Shown one piece after another: positions 8,435-17,222 of a stretch of 32,000 nt of DNA. The position numbers were made by a program, and so were the translations under genes. The first letter of the stretch is position 1. The number at the start of each line of letters is the position of its first letter. Origin of the DNA: Pasteurella multocida. Lineage in GTDB: Bacteria; Pseudomonadota; Gammaproteobacteria; Enterobacterales; Pasteurellaceae. Below the pieces are notes generated by a model. The model did not search any database. It saw only the letters and a list, made by a program, of their open reading frames with translations, and had not been told where the DNA came from. The stretch lies in NCBI RefSeq assembly GCF_900187275.1, contig NZ_LT906458.1:1830001-1862000 (forward strand), written 5' to 3'.

Positions 8435-10033
8435 TTATTTTGAAAAACGGTTGAGGTTATGCAAAATATTAATATCTTCTGAGTTATTCAGATGTGGCAC
8501 TTTCCAACCTTTTTCATCATAGTCAGCCAAGCATTTATCCACTAAATCGAAACAACGCTGTAATGTACCGTTACCGGTGGATTGCCCGAGTACTTGTAAA
8601 CGCACTTCTTCTTGGCTACCGGCGTAGTTGATTTCGTAAAGTTCGTGACGACCACCGAACTCCGTGCCAATGGCATCCCACAGAAGTTTTAAAATTTTGA
8701 TCCGATCACGGTATTCAATATTGTTTGAACCACGCACGTATTTTTCTAAATATTGGTCGATTTCAGGGTTATTGAAATCGCGAATATGTGAAGGCAAATA
8801 AATTAACCCACTTGTTACCGTTTGTTCAATGATTTTTTTCACCGTATGGTAGGCCATTGGTGCCATCACGCGATAGGTTTGGATTGCTTGTGCACTTGGC
8901 ATTTGGCAACCATTTTTCCATTGATAAGAAGATCCCGCCATGGCATCAGTAAGTGTCCAAAAGAGGTTGCGATACATCATCACTTCGCCCATTTGTGCCG
9001 CGACGCCACGGAATTCAATCACGCCGGTACATTGTAATGCTTTATGTAATAAACCTGTAATGAAATCTAATTTCACCGCTAAACGGGTACAGGCTTGCAT
9101 TGGGAAAAGCGTTGCAAAGCCGGCATATTGTGCCCAAGTACGACAACGCTCTAGATCACGATAGATTAAAATGTTTTCCCAAGGAATAAAGACGCTGTCT
9201 AACACCAAAATGGCATCGTTTTCATCGAAACGAGTAGAAAGTGGGAAGTCAAACGGTGAACCGGTCGCGCCTGCGGCAAGTTCATAAGAGTGACGGCAAA
9301 TGAGTTTGACACCTTCTGCATCCATGGGTGCAATAAACATCAAGGCAAAGTCGTCGTTATCACCAATAATTTGTGCGGAACCAAATCCAATAAAGTTATA
9401 GTGAGTTAGTGCTGAGTTAGTCGCCACCACTTTCGCCCCACTGACCACAATCCCATCGGCACGTTCTTCTTCGATTTTCACATAGATATCTTTAACTTGA
9501 TCAATCGGTTTGTTACGGTCAATCGGTGGATTAACGATAGCGTGGTTGAAATAGAGGCAAGATTCTTGGATACGTTTATACCAATTGCGCGCATTATCGG
9601 CGAACTTACCGTAAAATTCTGGATTGGCGCCTAACGCGCTACCAAATGCCGCTTTATAGTCTGGAGTACGCCCCATCCAGCCATAGCTAAAACGTGACCA
9701 AGCTGCGATAGCATCGCGTTGTGCTTTGAGTTCTTCTGCGGTACGGGCATAACGGAAGAATTTATGGGTATAACCACCATTGCCAGTATCTGTTTCCCAA
9801 CACAATTCGTCTTTGGTTGCTGGATCATGTAACGCATCGTAGAGTTTTGCTACAGAGGCGGCGGCATTACGAAATGCAGGGTGGGTTGTCACGTCATCGA
9901 CTAACTCACCATAAATATAGACTTTGCGCCCATCTCTTAAACTTGCTAAATATTCTTCACCGGTGAATGGACGATTTTTTTCTTTACGGTAATCATCCGG
10001 TAATTTGTGCTGTTTTTTTTCTGCTTGCGTCAT
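8435..10033 (-). CDS. hpaB: 4-hydroxyphenylacetate 3-monooxygenase, oxygenase component
   Basis: 532 aa; RPFTGEEYLASLRDGRKVYIYGE, YKAAFGSALGANPEFYG, FDENDAILVLDSVFIPWENI, SAQAIQTYRVMAPMAYHTVK, all characteristic of HpaB. Confidence 0.96.
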   Translation of the reverse strand: MTQAEKKQHKLPDDYRKEKNRPFTGEEYLASLRDGRKVYIYGELVDDVTTHPAFRNAAASVAKLYDALHDPATKDELCWETDTGNGGYTHKFFRYARTAEELKAQRDAIAAWSRFSYGWMGRTPDYKAAFGSALGANPEFYGKFADNARNWYKRIQESCLYFNHAIVNPPIDRNKPIDQVKDIYVKIEEERADGIVVSGAKVVATNSALTHYNFIGFGSAQIIGDNDDFALMFIAPMDAEGVKLICRHSYELAAGATGSPFDFPLSTRFDENDAILVLDSVFIPWENILIYRDLERCRTWAQYAGFATLFPMQACTRLAVKLDFITGLLHKALQCTGVIEFRGVAAQMGEVMMYRNLFWTLTDAMAGSSYQWKNGCQMPSAQAIQTYRVMAPMAYHTVKKIIEQTVTSGLIYLPSHIRDFNNPEIDQYLEKYVRGSNNIEYRDRIKILKLLWDAIGTEFGGRHELYEINYAGSQEEVRLQVLGQSTGNGTLQRCFDLVDKCLADYDEKGWKVPHLNNSEDINILHNLNRFSK

Positions 10034-10109
10034 GATTTACTCCTTTTGAATAAATAAGGGTTGAATAGCATTTCGGGCAAAATCGCTGGCATGTTGCGAA
10101 TTTGTTAAA

Positions 10110-10169
10110 TTTATAGTGGATCTCTGCGCAAGAGAAAATGCAATTTTCGTGTCAAAAAATGTACTTTTC
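10110..10169 (-). promoter_or_regulatory. Predicted hpaBC promoter with AraC-type operator (two half-sites plus -10)
   Basis: Minus-strand reading: GAAAAGTACA (10169-10160), GAAAATTGCA (10148-10139) with exact 21-bp period, then TATAAA (10115-10110) 23 nt after the proximal half-site. Same geometry as upstream of the TRAP gene. Confidence 0.7.
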
Positions 10170-10300
10170 CGTATTTAGACGGGAAAAATGAATAAAATGT
10201 GATCTCTATCGCTGTTTTAAGGATCAAAACTATACAGGCGAAAAAGCATAGTTTACATTCAAGCAAGAAGGATAAGGCGGAAGTAAATTGGAGGGAGGTT

Positions 10301-11203
10301 ATGCGAGATCAGTCCTTTGAAACACAAAATATTAATATTGAAAAAACCTATGGTGGACAAGAAAGCAGTAGCATCATCCACTATGAAACCTTTGATAATC
10401 TTGCCTTATTTTATGGACGGAAATCGTTGGTGCATTTTCATGATCGCTTTTATCAAGTGCACTATTTAACTGAAGGAAGCATTGCATTACAGTTAGATGC
10501 ACATGAATATCGCCTGTATGCCCCTTGTTTTTTTATTACTCCGCCTTCTATTCCTCATGGCTTTTACACCGATTTAGATACGCATGGGCACGTTTTAACC
10601 ATTCCACAAGAGTTTGTTTGGCAGTTATTAGAATCGTTAAAACGCGATATCAATTATTTTTATCCCATGTGTATTGAATTATCTCCGCAAGAGGAAGCAC
10701 AGCAAATTTTTAAATTTGAATATTTATTTAATTTATTGGCGGGAGAGTACCGTCAACATACGGACGAAAAACAGACCGCACTGCGTTTAAGTGCGAAATT
10801 AATTTTATTAGAGATTTATCGTTTGTCGAAAAGCAATGAGAAAAAGTACAGTCCGCGTAACAACGAGCTGTATTTATTTAATCAGTTTAACTTCCTCATA
10901 GAAGATAATTTCAAAAATAATTGGCGCATTAATGATTATTTAGATCGCTTATGCATTAGCGAAAGTAAATTAAATGCCATTTGTCAGCATTTCTCAGCTA
11001 CCTCACCAAAACGTCTTATCATTGAGCGCCAAATTCAAGAAGCGAAACGGAAGCTATTATTTACTCAGCATTCGATCTATCAAATCGCCTATGATCTCGG
11101 GTTTAAAGATCCTGCCTATTTCTCGCGTTTTTTCCAAAAAGAAACGCAATTGTCACCAAAAGCATTTCGCGATCAAGATCACATATCTTCGAATCCATCG
11201 TGA
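10301..11203 (+). CDS. hpaA: AraC-family transcriptional activator of the hpa genes
   Basis: Track ORF starts at 10199, but the ATG at 10301 is preceded by GGAGGGAGGTT. N-terminal cupin-like sensor (HFHDRFYQVHYLTEGSIALQLDAHEYRLYAPCFFITPPSIPHGF) plus C-terminal AraC HTH (SIYQIAYDLGFKDPAYFSRFFQKETQLSPKAFR). Divergent from hpaBC. Confidence 0.88.
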   Translation: MRDQSFETQNINIEKTYGGQESSSIIHYETFDNLALFYGRKSLVHFHDRFYQVHYLTEGSIALQLDAHEYRLYAPCFFITPPSIPHGFYTDLDTHGHVLTIPQEFVWQLLESLKRDINYFYPMCIELSPQEEAQQIFKFEYLFNLLAGEYRQHTDEKQTALRLSAKLILLEIYRLSKSNEKKYSPRNNELYLFNQFNFLIEDNFKNNWRINDYLDRLCISESKLNAICQHFSATSPKRLIIERQIQEAKRKLLFTQHSIYQIAYDLGFKDPAYFSRFFQKETQLSPKAFRDQDHISSNPS

Positions 11204-11212
11204 TTTTTTGTG

Positions 11213-11272
11213 AAAAGTACAATTTTTCACCTGAAAAGTACATTTAAAACTCGGTTTAACTCCATTATAACT
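11213..11272 (+). promoter_or_regulatory. Predicted promoter/operator of the TRAP-hpaG1G2EDF-...-SSADH operon
   Basis: Direct repeats GAAAAGTACA at 11213-11222 and 11234-11243 (21-bp period), immediately followed by TTTAAA and, 23 nt after the second half-site, TATAAC (11267-11272). Confidence 0.75.
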
Positions 11273-11357
11273 GTAACAACCTATTAACAATTTGGTTACA
11301 TTGGACTGCTGTTTGTTCTTAAATGCCTTTTCCCAACGAATGTGAAGGAGACTTTTT

Positions 11358-12380
11358 ATGAAGACACGTCAACTCTTACTCACTTTAACTTTAGCGGCTT
11401 CTGCCTCAGCCATGGCAAATGACAAAGTCGTATTAAAAATAGGTCATTTCTTACCCGCACTTTCAACCATGCACAATGATGTGTTAGTCCCTTGGTGTCA
11501 GGATCTGAATACGGAATCAAAAGGTCGTATCGAATGTCAATTATATCCTTCAAATCAACTCGGTGGGACTGCAGGTCAATTGATTGATCAGGTGCGTAAC
11601 GGGGTGGCGGATATTGTGTGGACTGCACCGGGTTATTCGCCGGGTCGGTTCAAAATCATTGAGGCGTTAGAAACCCCATTCTTATTACCGAATGTACGTG
11701 TGGGCAACAAAGTGGCGTGGGAGTTTTTTGAAAAATACGCCAAAGATACCGAATTTAAGCAATTTAAAGTGCTGTCTATTCAAAGTGATGGAGGGGTGAC
11801 TTTCCATTCGAATAAGCCTTTAAATGAAGTTGAGGATTTAAAAAATAACAAATTACGTACCCCAACGCGTTTAGCCTCCCAAGTGATTCAAGCCTTAGGT
11901 GGTGCAGCGATTTCTATTGCCCCTTCACAAGTGGCTGAAAGTATTTCAAAAGGTGTCGTCGATGGTGCGATGGGGGCGTGGGAAGTAGTGCCACCAACTA
12001 AATTAGATGAAGTGACGAAATATCATGTGATGCCTGCGGCGGGTGAGCCTTTCCCAACCGTAACCGTACTTGCTTTAGTGATGAATCAGAAAAAATACGA
12101 TTCATTACCTGCCGATTTAAAAGCGATTCTTGATAAACATTCTGGTCCCGCTTTACTTGAACGTATTACGGTGGCATGGGAAAAAACCGAAGACAATGCG
12201 CGTAAAAAAGTGCTTGCCAATGGTGGTGTGATTACTGAGTTTGGTCCAAAACATACAGCAAAAATGAAAGCCATGACGGATTCATTAACCAAAGATTGGA
12301 TCGAAAGCATGAAGAAACAAGGTAAAAACGGTCAGCAATTAATTGATGATTTACGTGAAATGGTGAAAAAACACCAATAA
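11358..12380 (+). CDS. dctP: TRAP transporter substrate-binding protein (DctP family)
   Basis: 340 aa, signal peptide, VLKIGHFLPALSTMHNDVLVPWCQDLNTESKGRIECQLYPSNQLGG, KLRTPTRLASQVIQALGG. Followed by small and large TRAP permeases. Confidence 0.92.
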   Translation: MKTRQLLLTLTLAASASAMANDKVVLKIGHFLPALSTMHNDVLVPWCQDLNTESKGRIECQLYPSNQLGGTAGQLIDQVRNGVADIVWTAPGYSPGRFKIIEALETPFLLPNVRVGNKVAWEFFEKYAKDTEFKQFKVLSIQSDGGVTFHSNKPLNEVEDLKNNKLRTPTRLASQVIQALGGAAISIAPSQVAESISKGVVDGAMGAWEVVPPTKLDEVTKYHVMPAAGEPFPTVTVLALVMNQKKYDSLPADLKAILDKHSGPALLERITVAWEKTEDNARKKVLANGGVITEFGPKHTAKMKAMTDSLTKDWIESMKKQGKNGQQLIDDLREMVKKHQ

Positions 12381-12398
12381 TCTGCGAGGAGACGACCG

Positions 12399-12926
12399 AT
12401 GAGCGGATCAACTCAAGCTGTCATGATGCCAGAAAACGTCAGGAAGAGTGCGATTGGCATGGGGTTATATCAGGTGTCAAAAGGCATGGCGATTGTGGGT
12501 GGGTTTTTATTCATCGCTTTGATCGTGATGTCGTGCTATTCCTTAGTGGGACGTAAATTAGGTAATGGCGGTGTTCTTGGTGATATTGAAATCATGCAAA
12601 TGGGATGTGCGGTCGCCGCCTCCCTTTTCCTCCCGTTTTGTACCCTGATGTCAGAGCACTTAAAAGTGGATTTTTTTACTGCAAAATGTCCGCCTGTATT
12701 ACGCAATAAGATGGATGCACTTGCTGATTTATTGCTTGGTTTGGTGTCCTTTTTATTAGTTTGGCGCATTGCCTTACAAAGTGAGACGTTAAAAGAATAT
12801 GAAGAAGTGACGGCCTTGCTTTCTTTTCCAACATGGATACCCAATGCCGCCATCATGTTGGGTTTTATTGTGATGGGACTGTGTGCTTTTTTCCATTTTT
12901 ATATCCATTTAACTTCAAAGGATTAA
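12399..12926 (+). CDS. dctQ: TRAP transporter small permease (DctQ family)
   Basis: 175 aa with about 4 hydrophobic segments, between the P and M components. Confidence 0.9.
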   Translation: MSGSTQAVMMPENVRKSAIGMGLYQVSKGMAIVGGFLFIALIVMSCYSLVGRKLGNGGVLGDIEIMQMGCAVAASLFLPFCTLMSEHLKVDFFTAKCPPVLRNKMDALADLLLGLVSFLLVWRIALQSETLKEYEEVTALLSFPTWIPNAAIMLGFIVMGLCAFFHFYIHLTSKD

Positions 12927-12930
12927 GCTT

Positions 12931-14259
12931 ATGATGAGTGGCTTAGAAATGGGTATTGTGGGTTTTTTTATCTTACTGACCCTCTTATTAATTCGAATTC
13001 ATATTAGTATCGCGATGTTTTTAGCGGCAGCTGGGTTGTACGCCTATTTAGGTCAAGGGGATCTGAATGCCTTGATGTACACCTTAAACGGTTTAGCCTA
13101 TGCGCGTTTGTCTAATTACGACTTAGCGGTTGTTCCTTTATTTATCTTTATGGGACAACTTGCTTCACATGGTGGGATGTCGAAAGCCTTATTCCAAGCA
13201 GCGAGTAGCTTTATTGGTCACTGGCGAGGTGGTCTCGCTATGGCTTCTGTTGGCAGTTGTGCCGCTTTTGGGGCGATTTGTGGTTCATCTTTAGCTACCG
13301 CAGCAACCATGGGACAAGTTGCTATTCCCGAATTGAAAAAACGCCGTTATTCCGGTGAATTAAGTACAGCAACTTTAGCTGCGGGCGGCACACTCGGGAT
13401 TTTAATTCCACCTTCCGTACCGCTTATTATTTATGCGGTACTAACACAAGAATCCATTGGGAAACTGTTCGTGGCGGCGATTATCCCGGGAATTTTAGCG
13501 CTGTTAGGCTATGTGTTTGTGATCAAGGTGTTAGTCAGTTTACACCCTGAGGCTGGTCCAACGTCGGAAAAAGTCCCCTTTTTACAAGCCTTAAAATCAC
13601 AAGTCAAAGTATTACCAATTTTCATCGTGTTTGCGGTGGTGATTATCAGTATTTATGGTGGCTGGGCAAATCCAACTGAAGCCGCCTCTATTGGCGCTGC
13701 CTCTTGTGGCATTATTTCTTGGCTTTCTGGTGGGTTAACTTGGAAAGGGTTAGTTGACAGTATCTTACAGACCGCCATGGCAAGTGCGATGATTTTTATG
13801 GTGTTGATCGGCGCGGATTTATTGAACTCTGCGTTAGCCCTTACTCAGATGCCAGCCCAATTGGCAAATTGGGTGGTTGAACAGCAATATGCGCCGTTGT
13901 TGGTGTTGTTTTGTATCTTAATGATCTATTTAGTTTTGGGTTGTGTCATGGACTCCCTTGCCATGATCTTGTTAACCATTCCGATTTTTTATCCGATTAT
14001 TCTCGGTTTAGATTTCTGGGGGCTGTCAGCACAAGATAAAACCATTTGGTTTGGCATTGTGGCATTGATGGTGGTGGAAATTGGCTTAATCACCCCACCT
14101 GTCGGCATGAACTTATTTATTATCAATAAGATGGATAAAGACACCCCATTATTAGCTACATCAAAATGGGTGCTGCCATTTATTGCCTCTGATCTTATTC
14201 GTATTGCTGTGATTGCCTGTGTTCCGGGCATTGCGCTGTGGCTCGTCCATTTATTTTAA
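12931..14259 (+). CDS. dctM: TRAP transporter large permease (DctM family)
   Basis: 442 aa; PLFIFMGQLASHGGMSKALFQAASSFIGHWRGGLAMASVGSCAAFGAICGSSLATAATMG, LGILIPPSVPLIIYAVLTQESIGKLF. Confidence 0.95.
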   Translation: MMSGLEMGIVGFFILLTLLLIRIHISIAMFLAAAGLYAYLGQGDLNALMYTLNGLAYARLSNYDLAVVPLFIFMGQLASHGGMSKALFQAASSFIGHWRGGLAMASVGSCAAFGAICGSSLATAATMGQVAIPELKKRRYSGELSTATLAAGGTLGILIPPSVPLIIYAVLTQESIGKLFVAAIIPGILALLGYVFVIKVLVSLHPEAGPTSEKVPFLQALKSQVKVLPIFIVFAVVIISIYGGWANPTEAASIGAASCGIISWLSGGLTWKGLVDSILQTAMASAMIFMVLIGADLLNSALALTQMPAQLANWVVEQQYAPLLVLFCILMIYLVLGCVMDSLAMILLTIPIFYPIILGLDFWGLSAQDKTIWFGIVALMVVEIGLITPPVGMNLFIINKMDKDTPLLATSKWVLPFIASDLIRIAVIACVPGIALWLVHLF

Positions 14260-14270
14260 GTGAGGAAATT

Positions 14271-14945
14271 ATGTCTGTCTCTTTAGCTAAACAGATTACC
14301 CAACTCAATACTGCGCATAAACCTACGGTGTTTGTCATTGCGTTGAACTCAACCCAATTATTGCAACGTTGCCAAGCTCAGTTTGAACAAGCGCCTTATC
14401 AAGCGCTACCGAAAACCCCAGTTATCTATGTGTTGCCGGAAGCGACACATAATCGCAGTGGGGCGAACGTGTCGCTCCCTGCGGGGAAAAAACAGCTCAG
14501 AATTGAACCGCACTTGGCGGTAGTGTTTGGTCGAGATACCTCACGAGTTTGTGTGGAACAGGCGATGCACTACGTATCCGGGTATTTGCCGGTAGCACTG
14601 TATTCTTTACCCCATGACAGCTATTACCGTCCCGATATTGAGGGGCGTTGCCAAGAGGGCTTCTGTGTTTTAGGGCAAGAAGTGTTAAAAAGTGCGGTGA
14701 AAAATCCCACAGAATTGACGGTGAATGTTGCGATTAATGGTGCGGTGAAAAAGCACTATGTGCATTTAGCCATGAAACATTCGATTCCTGAGTTGATCAG
14801 TTTTTTAAGTCAATTTATTGCTTTTAAAGCGGGCGATATTTTGCTGACCGGCACAGAGGATATGCCACTCCTTGTGGGCGCTGGCGATCAGGTATCCGTT
14901 GAGTTTGCTCAACTGGGTTGTTTAACCAATACGGTAACTGAATGA
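14271..14945 (+). CDS. hpaG1: 4-hydroxyphenylacetate degradation isomerase/decarboxylase, N-terminal-domain subunit HpaG1
   Basis: FAH-family fold protein (ALPKTPVIYVLPEATHNRSGANVSLPAGKKQLRIEPHLAVVFGRD...LLTGTEDMPLLVGAGDQVSVEF). Track start is GTG 14238; ATG 14271 has SD GAGGAAAT. Adjacent to the HpaG2 domain gene. Confidence 0.85.
   Translation: MSVSLAKQITQLNTAHKPTVFVIALNSTQLLQRCQAQFEQAPYQALPKTPVIYVLPEATHNRSGANVSLPAGKKQLRIEPHLAVVFGRDTSRVCVEQAMHYVSGYLPVALYSLPHDSYYRPDIEGRCQEGFCVLGQEVLKSAVKNPTELTVNVAINGAVKKHYVHLAMKHSIPELISFLSQFIAFKAGDILLTGTEDMPLLVGAGDQVSVEFAQLGCLTNTVTE
14507..14515 (-). repeat. Uptake signal sequence core (Hin-type)
   Basis: Perfect ACCGCACTT in hpaG1. Confidence 0.85.
14690..14698 (+). 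repeat. Uptake signal sequence core (Hin-type)
   Basis: Perfect AAGTGCGGT in hpaG1, followed by GAAAAAT. Confidence 0.85.
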
Positions 14946-14958
14946 GGTAAGCAGGATT

Positions 14959-15723
14959 ATGAGTAAATATGCAAAAGTGATGTATCAAAATCAAATCCAT
15001 AGCGTAGAAGTGCGACCAAATGGCTTGTTAACCGATCAACAACAATTATTGCCGAGTGAAGCGGTAACTTGGTTACCACCAGCCAGTGGCATGATGTATG
15101 CCTTAGGCTTGAATTACGCCGATCACGCCTCTGAATTAGATTTTAAGCCACCTGAAAAGCCCCTTGTGTTTGTGAAAACCCATCACACTTACACCGGTCA
15201 CAACAGCACCACGTGGCGCCCTGATAATGTGGACTATATGCATTATGAATGTGAGCTGGTAGTGGTGATTGGTAAAACAGCAAAAAATGTAAAACGGGAT
15301 GAGGCGATGGATTATGTGGCGGGTTATACCCTGTGTAATGATTATGCGATTCGTGATTATTTGGAGAACTATTATCGCCCAAATTTACGCGTGAAAAATC
15401 GTGTGGGCACGACCCCTGTTGGTCCTTGGATTGTGGATAAAGCAGATGTGAAAGATCCGATGAACTTAACTTTAAGAACATGGGTCAATGGCGAGTTGTG
15501 TCAAGAAGGGAATACCAAAGACATGATCTTTGATATTGCGTACCTCATTGAACACCTCTCCCATATTACTACATTACAACCGGGCGATATGATCGCCACA
15601 GGCACACCAAAAGGGTTAGCGGATGTGAAACCGGGTGATTGCGTAGAAATTGAAATTGAGCAAATTGGCAAATTGACGAACTACATTGTGAGTGAAACGG
15701 CCTTTTTTGCGCAAAACGTATAA
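14959..15723 (+). CDS. hpaG2: 4-hydroxyphenylacetate degradation isomerase/decarboxylase, C-terminal-domain subunit HpaG2
   Basis: 254 aa FAH-family: MMYALGLNYADHASELDFKPPEKPLVFVKTHHTYTGHNS, ECELVVVIGKTAKNV, DMIFDIAYLIEHLSHITTLQPGDMIATGTPKGL. Confidence 0.92.
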   Translation: MSKYAKVMYQNQIHSVEVRPNGLLTDQQQLLPSEAVTWLPPASGMMYALGLNYADHASELDFKPPEKPLVFVKTHHTYTGHNSTTWRPDNVDYMHYECELVVVIGKTAKNVKRDEAMDYVAGYTLCNDYAIRDYLENYYRPNLRVKNRVGTTPVGPWIVDKADVKDPMNLTLRTWVNGELCQEGNTKDMIFDIAYLIEHLSHITTLQPGDMIATGTPKGLADVKPGDCVEIEIEQIGKLTNYIVSETAFFAQNV

Positions 15724-15743
15724 ATATAAAAGGAGACAACCTT

Positions 15744-17204
15744 ATGATTAAGCATTGGATAAATGGTAAAGAAGTCGCCAGTGAGGAAACCTTTGACAAC
15801 TTTAATCCTGCAACAGGTGATGTGATTTGTCAGGTTGCCTCTGGCGGTGAAAAAGAAATTAATGCGGCAGTTCAAGCAGCAAAAGACGCGTTCCCAAAAT
15901 GGTCAAAAACACCAGCCAAAGAACGCGCCCGTTTGATGCGTAAGTTAGGTGAATTAATTGATCAAAATGTGGCGAAATTGGCCGAATTGGAAACTTTAGA
16001 TACGGGCTTACCCATTCATCAAACCAAAAACGTGCTCATTCCTCGTGCCTCGCATAACTTTGATTTCTTTGCGGAAGTTTGTACGCGCATGAATGGGCAT
16101 AGCTATCCAGTCGATGACAAAATGCTCAACTATACCCTTTATCAACCCGTTGGGGTATGTGGCTTGGTTTCCCCATGGAACGTGCCATTTATGACAGCAA
16201 CCTGGAAAACTGCACCTTGTTTGGCATTAGGTAATACTGCGGTACTTAAAATGTCCGAGCTTTCACCTTTAACCGCAAATGAATTAGGGCGTTTAGCCTT
16301 GGAGGCAGGTATTCCTGAAGGGGTTTTCAATGTGGTGCAAGGTTTGGGTTCAACGGCAGGTCATGCGTTAGTCACACACGATGACGTGCGTGCGATTTCA
16401 TTTACCGGTGGCACGGCGACAGGTAAGCATATTTTAAAACATGCCGGTTTGAAAAAATATTCAATGGAGTTAGGGGGCAAATCCCCAGTGTTGATTTTTG
16501 ATGATGCGGATTTAGATCGCGCTTTAGATGCGGCATTGTTCACCATTTTCTCGCTCAATGGCGAGCGTTGTACTGCGGGTTCACGGATTTTTATTCAAGA
16601 AACAGTGTATGACGAGTTCGTGAAACAATTTGCAGCACGTGCAAAACGGTTAATCGTGGGCGATCCGCAAGATTTCAATACCCAAGTAGGTTCTATGATT
16701 ACCCGTCAACATTATGACAAAGTGACAGGCTATATCCGCATTGGTCTAGAAGAAGGCGCCACCTTACTTGCCGGCGGTTTAGAACGCCCGCAAAACTTAC
16801 CAGCACATTTACAAAAAGGTCACTTTATTCAACCAACGGTCTTTGCTGATGTTGATAACCGTATGCGTATTGCACAAGAGGAAATTTTTGGTCCGGTAGT
16901 GTGTTTAATGAAATTTAAAGATGAAGCAGAGGCATTACGTTTGGCAAATGACGTGGAATACGGTCTGGCTTCTTACATTTGGACAAAAGACATTGCGAAA
17001 GCATTGCGTTTATCCAATGGCATTGAAGCGGGGATGGTCTTCGTCAACAGTCAAAACGTACGTGATTTACGTCAACCGTTCGGTGGCATCAAAGCCTCAG
17101 GTATTGGACGCGAAGGCGGCGAATACAGCTTTGAAGTCTTTGCTGAATTGAAAAATGTGTGCATCTCAATGCACGATCATCCAATTCCTCGCTGGGGATT
17201 ATAA
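15744..17204 (+). CDS. hpaE: 5-carboxymethyl-2-hydroxymuconate semialdehyde dehydrogenase
   Basis: 486 aa aldehyde dehydrogenase (SFTGGTATGKHI, MELGGKSPVLIFDDADLDRA, FSLNGERCTAGSRIFIQ) in hpa operon context. Confidence 0.94.
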   Translation: MIKHWINGKEVASEETFDNFNPATGDVICQVASGGEKEINAAVQAAKDAFPKWSKTPAKERARLMRKLGELIDQNVAKLAELETLDTGLPIHQTKNVLIPRASHNFDFFAEVCTRMNGHSYPVDDKMLNYTLYQPVGVCGLVSPWNVPFMTATWKTAPCLALGNTAVLKMSELSPLTANELGRLALEAGIPEGVFNVVQGLGSTAGHALVTHDDVRAISFTGGTATGKHILKHAGLKKYSMELGGKSPVLIFDDADLDRALDAALFTIFSLNGERCTAGSRIFIQETVYDEFVKQFAARAKRLIVGDPQDFNTQVGSMITRQHYDKVTGYIRIGLEEGATLLAGGLERPQNLPAHLQKGHFIQPTVFADVDNRMRIAQEEIFGPVVCLMKFKDEAEALRLANDVEYGLASYIWTKDIAKALRLSNGIEAGMVFVNSQNVRDLRQPFGGIKASGIGREGGEYSFEVFAELKNVCISMHDHPIPRWGL

Positions 17205-17222
17205 AATTAAAGGAGCAACAAT

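Noticed and set aside
10841-10850. AAAAAGTACA match to the half-site inside hpaA coding sequence
   Set aside because: Single copy within a coding region and no paired repeat at 21 bp. Probably coincidence, though internal autoregulation cannot be excluded.
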